From contig OX597836.1 of assembly GCA_951406725.2 (NCBI GenBank), positions 40,610,001 to 40,674,000 of the forward strand: a DNA stretch of 64,000 nucleotides. Reading direction: 5' to 3'. The stretch's first letter is position 1. Every line of letters starts with the position of its first letter. A model generated the notes under the pieces. The model was not told the DNA's origin. It did no database searches and worked only from the letters and a program-made list of their open reading frames with translations. Below are positions 39,955 to 54,739 of this stretch, piece after piece. Position numbers and translations under genes: made by a program. Source of the stretch: Octopus vulgaris (Eukaryota).

Positions 39955-40005
39955 GAATTTACGATCGTTTCGATTTACTGGTTTAAGTAAATCTCTTCAG
40001 AATGC
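39955..40005 (-). ncRNA. Canonical minimal type I hammerhead ribozyme
   Basis: Minus strand AUU-CUGAAGA-GAUUUACU uaaacc AGUAAAUC-GAAA-CGAUCG-UA-AAU, in a ~170-bp island between (TA)n tracts. Confidence 0.8.
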
Positions 40006-40226
40006 GAAAATAGATAAATGATATATATATATATATATAAGTGATCGTAATATTAGAGCGTCCACAAATTAAGGAAATTAGTATAGAGCATATTTTATTG
40101 AGAAAAGCCAATAACTTATTGCCCTACAGACTTGTTTCGCTATTTTTTGCTTCTACAAAGATCTCTCTGAAGAGGTATGACAATAGCGAAGCATGTCTAC
40201 AGCCAGTAAACAATTGTACATACACA

Positions 40227-40298
<72 letters not shown>

Positions 40299-40347
40299 CT
40301 AGATGTGGAAACGTAAGAAAGGTGGTGGTCAATACGTGACGTTTAGG

Positions 40348-40481
40348 CTAAATGATTTTTATGAACAGTTCGTGACGTCGGTCTGCATTACTCAAAGTTT
40401 CACAGGTATAGACGTACGTCTGATTTCTGCAGATGTTGTCAATCCGTAGTTCAACAACTTTGCGATGCTGTGTAACATCAC
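40348..40481 (-). CDS. Probable terminal exon encoding the C-terminal half of an immunoglobulin-like domain
   Basis: tttcatttaccag acceptor, phase 1; encodes (G)DVTQHRKVVELRIDNICRNQTYVYTCETLSNADRRHELFIKII*. It has LxIxN (E strand), YxC (F strand), an alternating hydrophobic G strand and an NQT sequon. Confidence 0.6.
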
Positions 40482-40697
40482 CTGGTAAATGAAATGACCA
40501 GATGGCAGATGCAGGTAGTAAAGAGAGATAGCTAAATTATAAAATGGCAGAACGTGAATGAAACTTGCAGTCGGTAGTGCGAGGAAAACTCTGTTTAGAA
40601 ATTCCGTTCATATATGCATAAGTGCATGCATACATACATACATACATACATACATACATACATACATACATACATACATACATACATACATACATAC

Positions 40698-40809
<112 letters not shown>

Positions 40810-40909
40810 TTCAGCAAAATTTAGATTCAGATGAATATGGTACTTAAGTCAAAGGCACCAGAATTTTGTATGGTATCATTCATATAAATTAAATGGGCTG
40901 ATTATTTTG

Positions 40910-40946
<37 letters not shown>

Positions 40947-41652
40947 CTTATATACAATATACATATATATACATTTATATGCTTATATATACATGTATAT
41001 ACACAAGTATACAAGTGTATACATATGTATATATATGTATATATATATGTATATATATATATATAGACTAAACATTATATATGTAGACTTAATGTATGTA
41101 AGGGTTAAATATTTTCGGATGTTTAACAACTACCACGTCCCCTTATATGTAGACAAATGTATATCTTCTAAAATCCTGTTGTGTGATCTCTATAGCCTGA
41201 AAGAAATAACTGTGGAAATCTACTGCGCCCACTATTATGTGGAATTCAACCCCAGGTAAGCCCTCGTTTAAAGAAAGCCTTTCGTCGTATTCATTAGCAT
41301 CGTTTATATTAGTCATAATAAATCTTGCTGAAAGAGTATTACGGTCACAAAGATGGCGACGGGACTAAAAAGCGTCAACGGTAAATGTAATAACTGTCAG
41401 CCATGTTGTTGGTGTTGGCATTAGTAGTAACAGCGATAGTGGTAGTAAATCTGGATATAATTTTTTGGTGTTGGTGTTGATGCTGGTGATTTATTATTGT
41501 TCATGGATATAATGTTGGTGGTAACAAAGCAAAAAAAAATAATAATAAAAGACAGAAACACCGAGAAAGGACAACTACGAAGAGAACGGCAATCCTGTTA
41601 TTTCAATGGTGACCACCATCACCGAGTGGTGCTTCATTGAATATGGCTAAGG

Positions 41653-41705
<53 letters not shown>

Positions 41706-41755
41706 TACATACATATATGCATACATACATATACATATATACATATATATACATA

Positions 41756-41808
<53 letters not shown>

Positions 41809-41947
41809 GTATATATATTGAGCATTGTAAGTCTAACAAATATTATAGCCAAATACACACAAGAAATATGCAAATGCATATACACACCCTCAACTTACTT
41901 AAAATATAATATTTAAAGGTTTACATATGCTCGTAGTCGTGAACATA

Positions 41948-42021
<74 letters not shown>

Positions 42022-42509
42022 TATAATATGATATAATATAATATAAACTCATGTATATATACGTATATTCGCACACATATAAGTATATACACGTGTATAT
42101 ATACACACACCTTATTAAACATTTATATTTATATATTTATGAAGAAATATACACCCACATATTTACACATATTTCTACTTATATTTATATTTATACATAT
42201 TTATATGAATATATATATATGATTATATAATATGTATGTATATATAGATATAGATATGCATACACATATAAATATATCAATGCACACTTAGGAATATATA
42301 CATATGCTAATGGTATATATTTATACATAGATATCGATTTGCACATATATAGATAGATATATATATATACATATGCATATATATATGTATATATATATAT
42401 ATATATATTTGTATGTATGTATATATTCATATCCGATTCCTGGTTTTGGCATTTTCACTTTCATTTGCGCTGCTAATATCCTGGAAAAGGCATGAACGTT
42501 AAAACTCAC

Positions 42510-42551
42510 CCCACTTCAAGTCAATAGGGCTTGGCGTCCGTTGATGGATAT
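42510..42551 (-). CDS. Candidate 42-nt upstream exon of the Ig-like gene
   Basis: ctttcgtgattatag acceptor, G|gtgagt donor, phase 1-1; encodes [13 protein letters not shown] and joins the 40481 exon in frame. Confidence 0.45.
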
Positions 42552-42643
42552 CTATAATCACGAAAGGTCAAGTAACTGTTTCTATTTATCGCATATGCTC
42601 CGCAGCATAACGACATATTTATCCTTTATAAACACACACACAC

Positions 42644-42694
<51 letters not shown>

Positions 42695-42717
42695 GTACAT
42701 ACATATATACGTTATAT

Positions 42718-42784
<67 letters not shown>

Positions 42785-42892
42785 AACATATCAATATTGA
42801 AAAGAAACTTATCACCACCACCCTTTCCAAATACCAGTTCAGTTCATTCAGTTTAATGTACATATAGTTATTATTATTATTGTTGTTATTAC

Positions 42893-42923
<31 letters not shown>

Positions 42924-42930
42924 ATTATTG

Positions 42931-42957
<27 letters not shown>

Positions 42958-42966
<9 letters not shown>

Positions 42967-43066
42967 GGGAATGTATCAACGTTACATAATACCTACCATT
43001 TCACACTCTCATATATCTCAGAGGCCTTGTAATCAATGTTGCCTACAAAAACAACACACTCACAAA

Positions 43067-43141
<75 letters not shown>

Positions 43142-43909
43142 CGACAGAACCGGTACGGGGCCTCGGATTTAATGCCTTAACACTATTTAGTTTCGTCCCT
43201 CTGCATCCTGAGTTCAAATCCGGCCGGGGCCAAAATACCTCCACTTCTTTTTCATTTTTCCCTTCGATCGATAGTCAATTGACTTTATCTTTCGCCTCTC
43301 TGTTTTCTTTCCCACTCTTTCTAAATTTTCTATCCTTCTTACCAATGTTTTCTACAAAGGCGGTGAATAATGGTCGTTACTGAGTGATATTTTTACTCTG
43401 TTTAATGTTCATGTTTGTAGCTCCAGAGTTCAAATCACGTTGAAGGCCGACTTTTTAAATTAAAAAAATTTTTTTTTTTCCTTTCATCCATTCTTCCAAG
43501 GATGTCATCCATAAATAATTGGCCTTGTGATAACTGAACAGAAATCAGTATTATTAATGTTCTTGGAAAGCCACAAACACCACACATCCTACAAACACTT
43601 TCTTCCTTTATCTAATTGCTATCCCAATTATAATTCTCAATCAATATGCCCGTTAATCGTAGTGAACATAGTCATCGTAGTTAAAACCACACGTTGTTAT
43701 AGAACACTCGGCTGGATCGTATCATCACATGTTAGAAATGATCCAGGCATTCCGGTTTAAAATTAAGTAATTTCACTTCTTTCTATCTATTGTATCACTT
43801 ATTGCTTTGAGAAACAGCATTAACATCACAGTGCTACTTTTCTTTCCTATAAAACAAACATGAGATATTGTGCCTAGTCAAAAAGAAATCAGTAATGATA
43901 ACAATTCTA

Positions 43910-43982
<73 letters not shown>

Positions 43983-44708
43983 AAGACATTGATTTATTAA
44001 TTAAACATCATTTAATTAAAATAATAATAACGCTGTAGAAAGAGAGAAAAAGCAAGCCCCACAGCGTTGTAAAGCAAATCGATCCAGCATCGATTCCCAA
44101 TTGTTAATTTTTCACTTCACTGATGTCGCTAAAGCCCTAATGAGAAAGGCAAAGAATACCGCACAGACTGAATTTCTTCAGCCATATATATATATAAGAT
44201 ATAATACATACATATGTATATATACATAAGAAAAAATATTTTGTCTATATAAGAAATCGTTAATTATTATTATCATTATTATCATTATAATCATTGATCT
44301 CGTCAATGCTTGTATTATTGTTATGGCCAGTAAGGTGGCGGCGAACTGGCAGAAACGTTAGCACGTCGGGCGAAATGCAAAGCGGGTATTTCGTCTGCCT
44401 TTACGTTCTGAGTTCAAATTCCGCCGAGGTCGACTTTGCCTTTCATCCTTTCGGGGTCGATAAATTAAGAACCAGTTGCGTACTGGGTGGAGGGTGGGGG
44501 TCAATCTAATCGACTGGCTCCCTCCTCAAAAAATTTCGGGCCCTGCGCCTAGAGTACAAAAGATTATTGTTATGGGTAGTAGTAGTAGTAGTAGTAGTAG
44601 TAGTGTGTGTATATTACTCGTATGAGAAAGAAAAACCATATTGACGATGAAGTATGTGTATATCTCTGTATGTGTGTATTATATATATATATGATATACA
44701 TAGGTATA

Positions 44709-44757
<49 letters not shown>

Positions 44758-45078
44758 TGCACATGCATATACATGCATGTATGTATGTATGTGTACATGT
44801 ATATATGTTACCCCCGGTTTCACGTTGTTACGCATATATTTGTTTACAGAGTGATCTTAGTGAACATCCGTTATAATAAATCGAGCAACAGCGTGTGCGA
44901 CTTACAACAAACAGTAAACAAACAAACGAGGCTTCATGAGAATTCTCGCGAGTGTACATTGAACACGTGGGTGCTTTCAACAAGAAAGGAACACCCTCAA
45001 AATACGTTGCTTTGCTTGCATATATGTGTCTGTATGTATGTATATATATATACATACATACATACATACATACATACA

Positions 45079-45170
<92 letters not shown>

Positions 45171-45454
45171 CATACATTCATTTATATAAATGTGGTAGCG
45201 CTGCGATCTTCATTTGGTACGCACATGTATTACTTCAAATTTCTGCCCACCAGAACAAGAAGAAATGAGAATCTGTTGGAATATATTTTGAAGATTTCTT
45301 GTAAATTCTAATAACAACAAGAGAATGAGGAAAGGTCAAATATACCGATTTATAACTAACTTTGGTAAATAATTCAAATTATACGCACATTTTCATTTAG
45401 AAGGACTAGCGGACTGTGTATGTGTGTGTATACATATATATATATATATATATG

Positions 45455-45493
<39 letters not shown>

Positions 45494-45831
45494 CCATATT
45501 GTATGTATATTCTATTATCTGCTCCCATTTCTAAATCTGAGAAGTTCAATGTCAACTACCTAAAATCAGAACCTATTTCTATGTGTTCGCATGTATGTAA
45601 GTCCATACTACAATCATCGGGCNNNNNNNNNNNNNNNNNNNNNNNNNNNNNNNNNNNNNNNNNNNNNNNNNNNNNNNNNNNNNNNNNNNNNNNNNNNNNN
45701 NNNNNNNNNNNNNNNNNNNNNNTTATTATTAGGGAATGTATCAACGTTACATAATACCTACCATTTCACACTCTCATATATCTCAGAGGCCTTGTAATCA
45801 ATGTTGCCTACAAAAACAACACACTCACAAA

Positions 45832-45906
<75 letters not shown>

Positions 45907-46681
45907 CGACAGAACCGGTACGGGGCCTCGGATTTAATGCCTTAACACTATTTAGTTTCGTCCCTCTGCATCCTGAGTTCAAATCCGGCCGGGGCCAAAA
46001 TACCTCCACTTCTTTTTCATTTTTCCCTTCGATCGATAGTCAATTGACTTTATCTTTCGCCTCTCTGTTTTCTTTCCCACTCTTTCTAAATTTTCTATCC
46101 TTCTTACCAATGTTTTCTACAAAGGCGGTGAATAATGGTCGTTACTGAGTGATATTTTTACTCTGTTTAATGTTCATGTTTGTAGCTCCAGAGTTCAAAT
46201 CACGTTGAAGGCCGACTTTTTAAATTAAAAAAATTTTTTTTTTTTCCTTTCATCCATTCTTCCAAGGATGTCATCCATAAATAATTGGCCTTGTGATAAC
46301 TGAACAGAAATCAGTATTATTAATGTTCTTGGAAAGCCACAAACACCACACATCCTACAAACACTTTCTTCCTTTATCTAATTGCTATCCCAATTATAAT
46401 TCTCAATCAATATGCCCGTTAATCGTAGTGAACATAGTCATCGTAGTTAAAACCACACGTTGTTATAGAACACTCGGCTGGATCGTATCATCACATGTTA
46501 GAAATGATCCAGGCATTCCGGTTTAAAATTAAGTAATTTCACTTCTTTCTATCTATTGTATCACTTATTGCTTTGAGAAACAGCATTAACATCACAGTGC
46601 TACTTTTCTTTCCTATAAAACAAACATGAGATATTGTGCCTAGTCAAAAAGAAATCAGTAATGATAACAATTCTATATATG

Positions 46682-46754
<73 letters not shown>

Positions 46755-47480
46755 AAGACATTGATTTATTAATTAAACATCATTTAATTAAAATAATAAT
46801 AACGCTGTAGAAAGAGAGAAAAAGCAAGCCCCACAGCGTTGTAAAGCAAATCGATCCAGCATCGATTCCCAATTGTTAATTTTTCACTTCACTGATGTCG
46901 CTAAAGCCCTAATGAGAAAGGCAAAGAATACCGCACAGACTGAATTTCTTCAGCCATATATATATATAAGATATAATACATACATATGTATATATACATA
47001 AGAAAAAATATTTTGTCTATATAAGAAATCGTTAATTATTATTATCATTATTATCATTATAATCATTGATCTCGTCAATGCTTGTATTATTGTTATGGCC
47101 AGTAAGGTGGCGGCGAACTGGCAGAAACGTTAGCACGTCGGGCGAAATGCAAAGCGGGTATTTCGTCTGCCTTTACGTTCTGAGTTCAAATTCCGCCGAG
47201 GTCGACTTTGCCTTTCATCCTTTCGGGGTCGATAAATTAAGAACCAGTTGCGTACTGGGTGGAGGGTGGGGGTCAATCTAATCGACTGGCTCCCTCCTCA
47301 AAAAATTTCGGGCCCTGCGCCTAGAGTACAAAAGATTATTGTTATGGGTAGTAGTAGTAGTAGTAGTAGTAGTAGTGTGTGTATATTACTCGTATGAGAA
47401 AGAAAAACCATATTGACGATGAAGTATGTGTATATCTCTGTATGTGTGTATTATATATATATATGATATACATAGGTATA

Positions 47481-47526
<46 letters not shown>

Positions 47527-47840
47527 GCACATGCATATACATGCATGTATGTATGTATGTGTACATGTATATATGTTACCCCCGGTTTCACGTTGTTACG
47601 CATATATTTGTTTACAGAGTGATCTTAGTGAACATCCGTTATAATAAATCGAGCAACAGCGTGTGCGACTTACAACAAACAGTAAACAAACAAACGAGGC
47701 TTCATGAGAATTCTCGCGAGTGTACATTGAACACGTGGGTGCTTTCAACAAGAAAGGAACACCCTCAAAATACGTTGCTTTGCTTGCATATATGTGTCTG
47801 TATGTATGTATATATATATATACATACATACATACATACA

Positions 47841-47936
<96 letters not shown>

Positions 47937-48218
47937 CATACATTCATTTATATAAATGTGGTAGCGCTGCGATCTTCATTTGGTACGCACATGTATTACT
48001 TCAAATTTCTGCCCACCAGAACAAGAAGAAATGAGAATCTGTTGGAATATATTTTGAAGATTTCTTGTAAATTCTAATAACAACAAGAGAATGAGGAAAG
48101 GTCAAATATACCGATTTATAACTAACTTTGGTAAATAATTCAAATTATACGCACATTTTCATTTAGAAGGACTAGCGGACTGTGTATGTGTGTGTATACA
48201 TATATATATATATATATG

Positions 48219-48257
<39 letters not shown>

Positions 48258-48386
48258 CCATATTGTATGTATATTCTATTATCTGCTCCCATTTCTAAAT
48301 CTGAGAAGTTCAATGTCAACTACCTAAAATCAGAACCTATTTCTATGTGTTCGCATGTATGTAAGTCCATACTACAATCATCGGGC
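42958..48386. repeat. 2.66-kb near-identical direct duplication flanking an assembly gap
   Basis: 42958-45622 equals 45723-48386 except, by eye, within microsatellite and homopolymer tracts. Both copies abut the gap and each contains a SINE B copy (44333-44562, 47105-47334). Confidence 0.93.
45623..45722. other. Assembly gap (100 N)
   Basis: Run of N. Confidence 1.
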
Positions 48387-48667
48387 CCACTCAAAAAAAT
48401 CGTCGTACTTCTTTAAGATGGAAGCCGAATGTACCGCTGAATATACCATGCAATGTAGTTCTTCCGTTCTAGCACCCACTATACATTAGACATGTAGCAG
48501 TACTCCTTTCTTCTGTGAAGAAGCGAGACGATTCTTCTTTTTTGTTCCCGCAGGTCTGATCGTTGTATTATGCGACTTTTACATCATACAGGAAACAGTG
48601 TATAGCCTGTAAAATGCGTGTTAGTTGACATTTGATCATATTACATATATATGTGCATATATAAACG

Positions 48668-48764
<97 letters not shown>

Positions 48765-49145
48765 ATATAGATATATATAGTGAGAGACCTATTTTCCTTT
48801 ACCTTACCTACAAGCATGTTAACAAGATTGGTGTAGAAGTATCTAATAGAGATTAGGTGATAGTTATTCTAGTTGTTGTTGTTGATGATGGTGATGATGA
48901 TGATGACGACGACGATGATGCTGACGACGACGATGATGATTTCTGTGTTTTTTTATTAGTACATATCTCATCGTGGGCGACATTGAACTTTCTTGCGTTT
49001 GTTATCGATGCAGTTAAGTACCAGTCATTTACTGGGAGCCTATTGCACTTCTCCCACCCTTCCTCCTCCTCCCACCCCACCCCAATCAGTAGCGAAAGAA
49101 GTGACAGTTCTTTGTCTACGTATATGCTCTGCGAATACATGTGTG

Positions 49146-49212
<67 letters not shown>

Positions 49213-49370
49213 TTAAGGGAATGTGTTCGGGTGTGCATGTAAAGTTATTTATTTAAGAAAGAATGCGTAGAAGTGTGTGTGTGCGACATGTGTTAACTCC
49301 TGATATTTCTACATAAAAATTATTTGTAAGTATATATTTTATACCTAAATATATATACACCTATGTATGT

Positions 49371-49434
<64 letters not shown>

Positions 49435-50187
49435 GCATATATTTATATAAATATATAATATATATATACATATATATGTATGTATAGGCATCTAAAAGTG
49501 CATTCTAACTATATATGATGCATATACACTCAGACATCCTTCTGCAGAGCGCCACAAATGCAAAAACATACAATGTCATTTCGGTTATTATAAGTCAACA
49601 GGCCAAGTACCACCTTATGCGAAACTACTCCGTCGGTGTTTCACGTTTTAAAAACTCATCAGCGTAATATAGCTTCACAGAAGCTACATCCGGCCATGTT
49701 CCGCTTTTTTTTTTTTTTTTTTCGTTATTCTTTTAATGTTCATCGTTAAAGTGCACCCATCTTTTCGTTACATCTTGATGTATTAGAGATAAAATTTTCA
49801 AGTGAACATACGAAATTATGTATTTATTGCTTAGAATAAGAAAAAAAACCACTAAGTAGCTGATAAAATTTATGGCTTGCTTCCGACCGTTTTTCAGATA
49901 GTAATTTCATAACAGATACGCAACCTTTGCTGTACCTCATACAAACTGGAACATACGCGCTCGTACATTAACACACATACACACACATACACACACAAAA
50001 AACATAGACACACACACACGCATACATACTCACATATGTTGAGACTTACACTTTTCACACATTCCAAATATATCTTTCCATACATAAATATAACTAGCCC
50101 TACTTCTATGTAACATTCTCGTGCACACTCACACACACACATGGATACATGTACGCATACACACACATACTCACGCGTAGATGCATA

Positions 50188-50233
<46 letters not shown>

Positions 50234-50915
50234 TAGAGAAAGAGAAACATCTCTCAACCGGGACTGCCACATTGGGTTGGCAGGCAAATAACCTTTTTCT
50301 ATATATACACACACACATAGTTGTATGTATATGTATATATATATATATATATATACTTATACACACACATATATATATATATACATAAACACTTATATGT
50401 TTATACATATGCATATGTATATACACACACATACATACATACATACATGCGTACATACATACATACATACATACATACATACATACATACATACATACAT
50501 ACATCTGTGTGTGCACGTGTAATAATGAGAGTGATGTTGATGATAGTGGTGGTGATGATGATAGTGATGATGATGAGGATGAGGATGAAAATAAGGATGA
50601 AGATGATAACGAAGATTTCGGCGATGAAGATAGCGGCGATAATATTGGTCTGGTGTTTGTGAGGCTAGTAATGGAGACGTGTTGTGTGTATTCTGTAGCA
50701 ATAGCGACATTTAGCGTCGACTCCGAGTACCACTATAATAATTATGATTCGTCTTGGCGATGAAGAGGAGGACGAACAGGAGGAGGCGGATGAGGAATAG
50801 AAGAGGGAAAATTATTGATCGAGAAAAGTCGGATGTGCGGCAAGATGTGGACGTTGACAGTTGTAAATATATATATATAAATATATGCATATGTGTGTGT
50901 GTACGTGCGTGTGTG

Positions 50916-50963
<48 letters not shown>

Positions 50964-50993
50964 TATATATATGTATATATATATATATATGCG

Positions 50994-51057
<64 letters not shown>

Positions 51058-53406
51058 CTGGAGATGAGCATAATGGTGGTAATGGTGGTAGGAGTGGTGA
51101 TAGTGTAAGTGATAGTAGTGGTTAGTGCAGTAATGGCGACGATGGTGGAAGATGGTAGTGGTGGTAACGGCGGCGGCGGTGGCAGTGGCGGTGGTGGTTG
51201 TGGCGATGGTGGCGACGATGATGACATTTTGCGTCACCAGTGTTGAGGTCAAAAACCCACCATCGATTGACTTCTTGACCTCACCATCGACTAACGATTG
51301 CTTTGGCTTTCTTTTTTTTTTTTTCCTTTGTTTTCTATTTTTTTTTTTGTTTTTGTTTTTGTATTTGATGGTGATGATGATACGATGATGATGATGATGA
51401 TGATGATGGTGATGGTGGTGATGGTGGTGGTGGTGGTATAGTTGCCGGGGAAGAATTTGTGAATGCTAAAAGCGAGTGTTGTGTTACTACTTATATGCAA
51501 CACGGGGAAAGAGTAGTAGGAGGAGGAGGTGGTAGAAAAGAGGGAATAGATAAAAGAGGGGGGTGTAATATTCAATATAGGGGTCGTTGTTGTTTGCCCT
51601 TTTGTTGACCCTTTAACGACGTGTGTGAGCTTTTTTTTATTTATTGTTAGTGTTTTTTTTTTTTCTTTTGTAATCTTTATTCCATTGAGCTTCTGTTATT
51701 AACCCCCTTCGATCCTACACAAGGTCGTTGCACATCTTTCGCTGATTTAGCCTAAATTATTGATTGTTTGGATTTAAACCGTTGTTTAATTTGACCTCAT
51801 CATTGGTTGACTCTGTGACCTCACCATCGTCTAGCGAGAATCAATCGTTGTTGGGTTTTTTTGCTAATTATTTATTAATTACTTTAATAACTTTAATTAC
51901 TAACGTTAACCGAAAGTAATACTAATAGATCGTGGTGGAATCCAACAACAACAAATGTATCAATATTTAATAACGTTAGCATCATCAGCAAAGCAACAAC
52001 AAACAACTTCAATAATATCGTTTAACAATAACAACAACAATAACAATACTAATAACAGCAATATCTGTGGTGTGATAAGAACAAATAGTAAAGGCAACAA
52101 CGTTTAATAATAGCAACAACAGCAACAATCATAATATCAGCAGCAAAGGTGCCGCGCTGGCCGAATGGTTAGTTCACCGAACGAACTATCTAGCGGTATT
52201 TCGTCCGTCCTTAGGTTCAGGGTTCAAATTCCGCCGAGGACGTTTTTGCCTTTTATGAACGTAGAGACGGATGAAATGCCGCCTAGCATTTTGTCCAGAA
52301 TAGTGTCGATAATTGTAAAATCCAGAAGACAGCATTATGTGGCAAGGCAAGTAGTCTTCACAAAGTCCTCGAGATTAAGAACCACCTTGGTTCACAAAAA
52401 GAGCACAGTTAGTACATTAATGACAAGTTGAGTAGATATTTATTTATTTATGCGCCCTTTTCAAGCCTAGCCAAGCTCATGGGCCCGGTTTCCCGGTTTC
52501 TGTGGCGTATGTGTCCCTAGCCCCCCAGCTGGACGGGACGCCAGTCCATCGCAGCGTTACTCAAAAAACAGGAAGAGAGTGAGAGAAAGTCGCCTTAGGT
52601 CAAGATAGGGTAAACAGTTGATGAATCTGCCCTCGTATATAACTGGTACCTAACTGTATTATTGAACTCGAACGAATGAAAATTAAATAGAAAACCCGGT
52701 GTTGGGGGTTGGGGTAGAAATAGTTCAATAAACCATCAAATTCGGTTCAAAACCATTCATATTTCTTTATGCGTAGCATTTTGACTCTTCGGCTTAATCA
52801 TGGTTTACCTATTACGTTGGGTCTTTCTGTTCCCAGTTACAATTATTTCCTTTACATTTAGCATAGAGGAAAGGATGACTATCACAACATTACATTCTTC
52901 CCAGAGAGTTTTCAATAATTTATATTGGTTTTATGTTTTCCTTGTTTTGTTTTGTTTTGTTTACTTTTTGTTTAGTTGAAGTGGTGAGAGTAGTGCTGGG
53001 GACTGTTAGAAAGCTATTTCTAAATTCTTACAAAGCAATGCAGTGTTTTTGATCGATTACTGTTCAAACCCAGACATGATGGCTATAATTTTAAATTTCT
53101 TCTTCTGAAGCTTAACATTGAACCTGCCATACTGACTTCCGCTTTATCTCAACTCCATCTAACGGCAGAATAAAATAAGGAGCGAGAAAGAAAGAGACAA
53201 ATGAAGAGAGACAAAGAAATATAACAGAAAAACGGAACTAAGTGCCTCAACAAAAGAAACTTCGATACATTGCGACTCTGTGGCTTTTATCGTTTCCACC
53301 TCTTCCATTTTTACAACTGCCTCGAATACTGCTATTTTCACTACCACCACAACAATCAGAGATATGCTGTGCACGCCGCCGTGTATATACATATATAGAG
53401 AGAGAA

Positions 53407-53622
53407 GGCGGCGAGCTGGCAGAAACGTTAGCACGCCGGGCGAAATGCGTAGCCGTATTTCGTCTGTCGTTACGTTCTGAGTTCAAATTCCGCCGAAGTC
53501 GACTTTGCCTTTCATCCTTTCGGGGTACCAGTTACGCACTGGGGTCGATGTAAACGACTTGATCCCTTTGTCTGTCCGTGTTTGTCCCCTCTATGTTTAG
53601 CCCCTTGTGGGCAATAAAGAAA
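53407..53622 (+). mobile_element. SINE family B monomer
   Basis: Complete head and tail, flanked by ATATAGAGAGA on both sides. Confidence 0.85.
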
Positions 53623-53644
53623 TATATATATAGAGAGAAAGATA

Positions 53645-53965
53645 GTCGCAATCATGAGTTCGATTCCCGGACCAGGCTGTGTGTTGTGTTCTTGAGCAAA
53701 ACACTTTATTTCACGTCGCTCCAGTTCATTCAGTTTCAGAAATGAATTGCAACATCACTGATGCCAAGCTGTATCGGCCCCTTTGCCTTTCCCTTGGATA
53801 ATATCGGTGGCGTGGCGAGGCGTGGCGAGGCGTGGCGTGGAGAGATGAGGTTGGTATGCATGGACGACTGCTTGTCTTCCACAAACAAGCTTGCTTGGAC
53901 TTGTGCCTCGGAGGGTAACTTTCTAGGTGCAATTCCATGGTCGTTCATGACCGAAGGGGTTTTTA
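53645..53965 (+). mobile_element. SINE family D, 5'-truncated
   Basis: Homologous to 117-437. Confidence 0.8.
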
Positions 53966-54739
53966 TCCTATTTAGTATCAGGTAGCGATTGCGTAAGAGT
54001 TTGTATCGTATCATTCATTGGATGCTGACCTGGAAGTGCACGTATGCGTTGGAGATTATCTTGGATGAGTTATATTATTTGGCGATGATAAGGTGGCGAG
54101 ATGGCAGAATCGTTAGCATGTTGGAGAAAATGCTTAGCAATATTTCTTTCGGCTTTTTACGTTCTGAGTTCAAATCCTACCGAGATTGATTTTGCTTATC
54201 ATCCTATCGGGGTCAATAAAACAATGTACCAGTCAAGTACTGGGGTTGATGTAATCGCCTCGCCTCCACCCCTAAATATTGCTGCCCTTGTGCCAAAATT
54301 AGTAAGCATTATTTCAAGATTCCGTAAAGTATGTGTGAGTGTGTGTGTATTGAGTGTGTGCGCTGCGCAGAAAGCGTTCTGCGTGAGTTGTGCTTTTGAA
54401 GTGAGAGCGTATTATACGGGATTTGAACTTTTGCCCTACCTGGTTACGTTTTAAAACTGCGTTTAGATTTTGAGTCCTGTTGAGCAAGATCTTTTTTTTT
54501 TTTTTTTGCATCTCTGATTTCATTTCATCTTCATCTCCTTGTCAGTCTAAACACGCATGTCTAGATTTTGGCATGAGAGAGAGAGAGAGCAAAGCGAACT
54601 GATCTGATATAATTATTTGTTGTTGTGAAGTGCTGGCAAAAACCGGTTGAGCAGCGGACAGAAAATACGTTGCATTATTGAGTTACGTTTCTTTACGTTC
54701 CGACTTCAAATTTCACTGAAATTAACTTCGTCATGCTTT

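Noticed and set aside
40120-40205. HHR-like CTGAAGA..GAAG-CATG-TC with an inverted half copy
   Set aside because: GAAA is mutated, stem II is mismatched and there is no stem I; at best a decayed remnant.
41196-41255. 60-nt + strand exon-like cassette (LKEITVEIYCAHYYVEFNP) with good splice sites
   Set aside because: It lies downstream of the calmodulin-like stop, has no partner exons or recognisable domain, and may be repeat-derived.
49041-49060. miR-92-like TATTGCACTTCTCCC
   Set aside because: No pairing 5' arm; it lies in a decayed SINE B-like sequence.
49615-49670. Minus-strand CUGAUGA..GAAAC hammerhead candidate
   Set aside because: Stem II is out of register and no stem I pairing follows the putative GUA.
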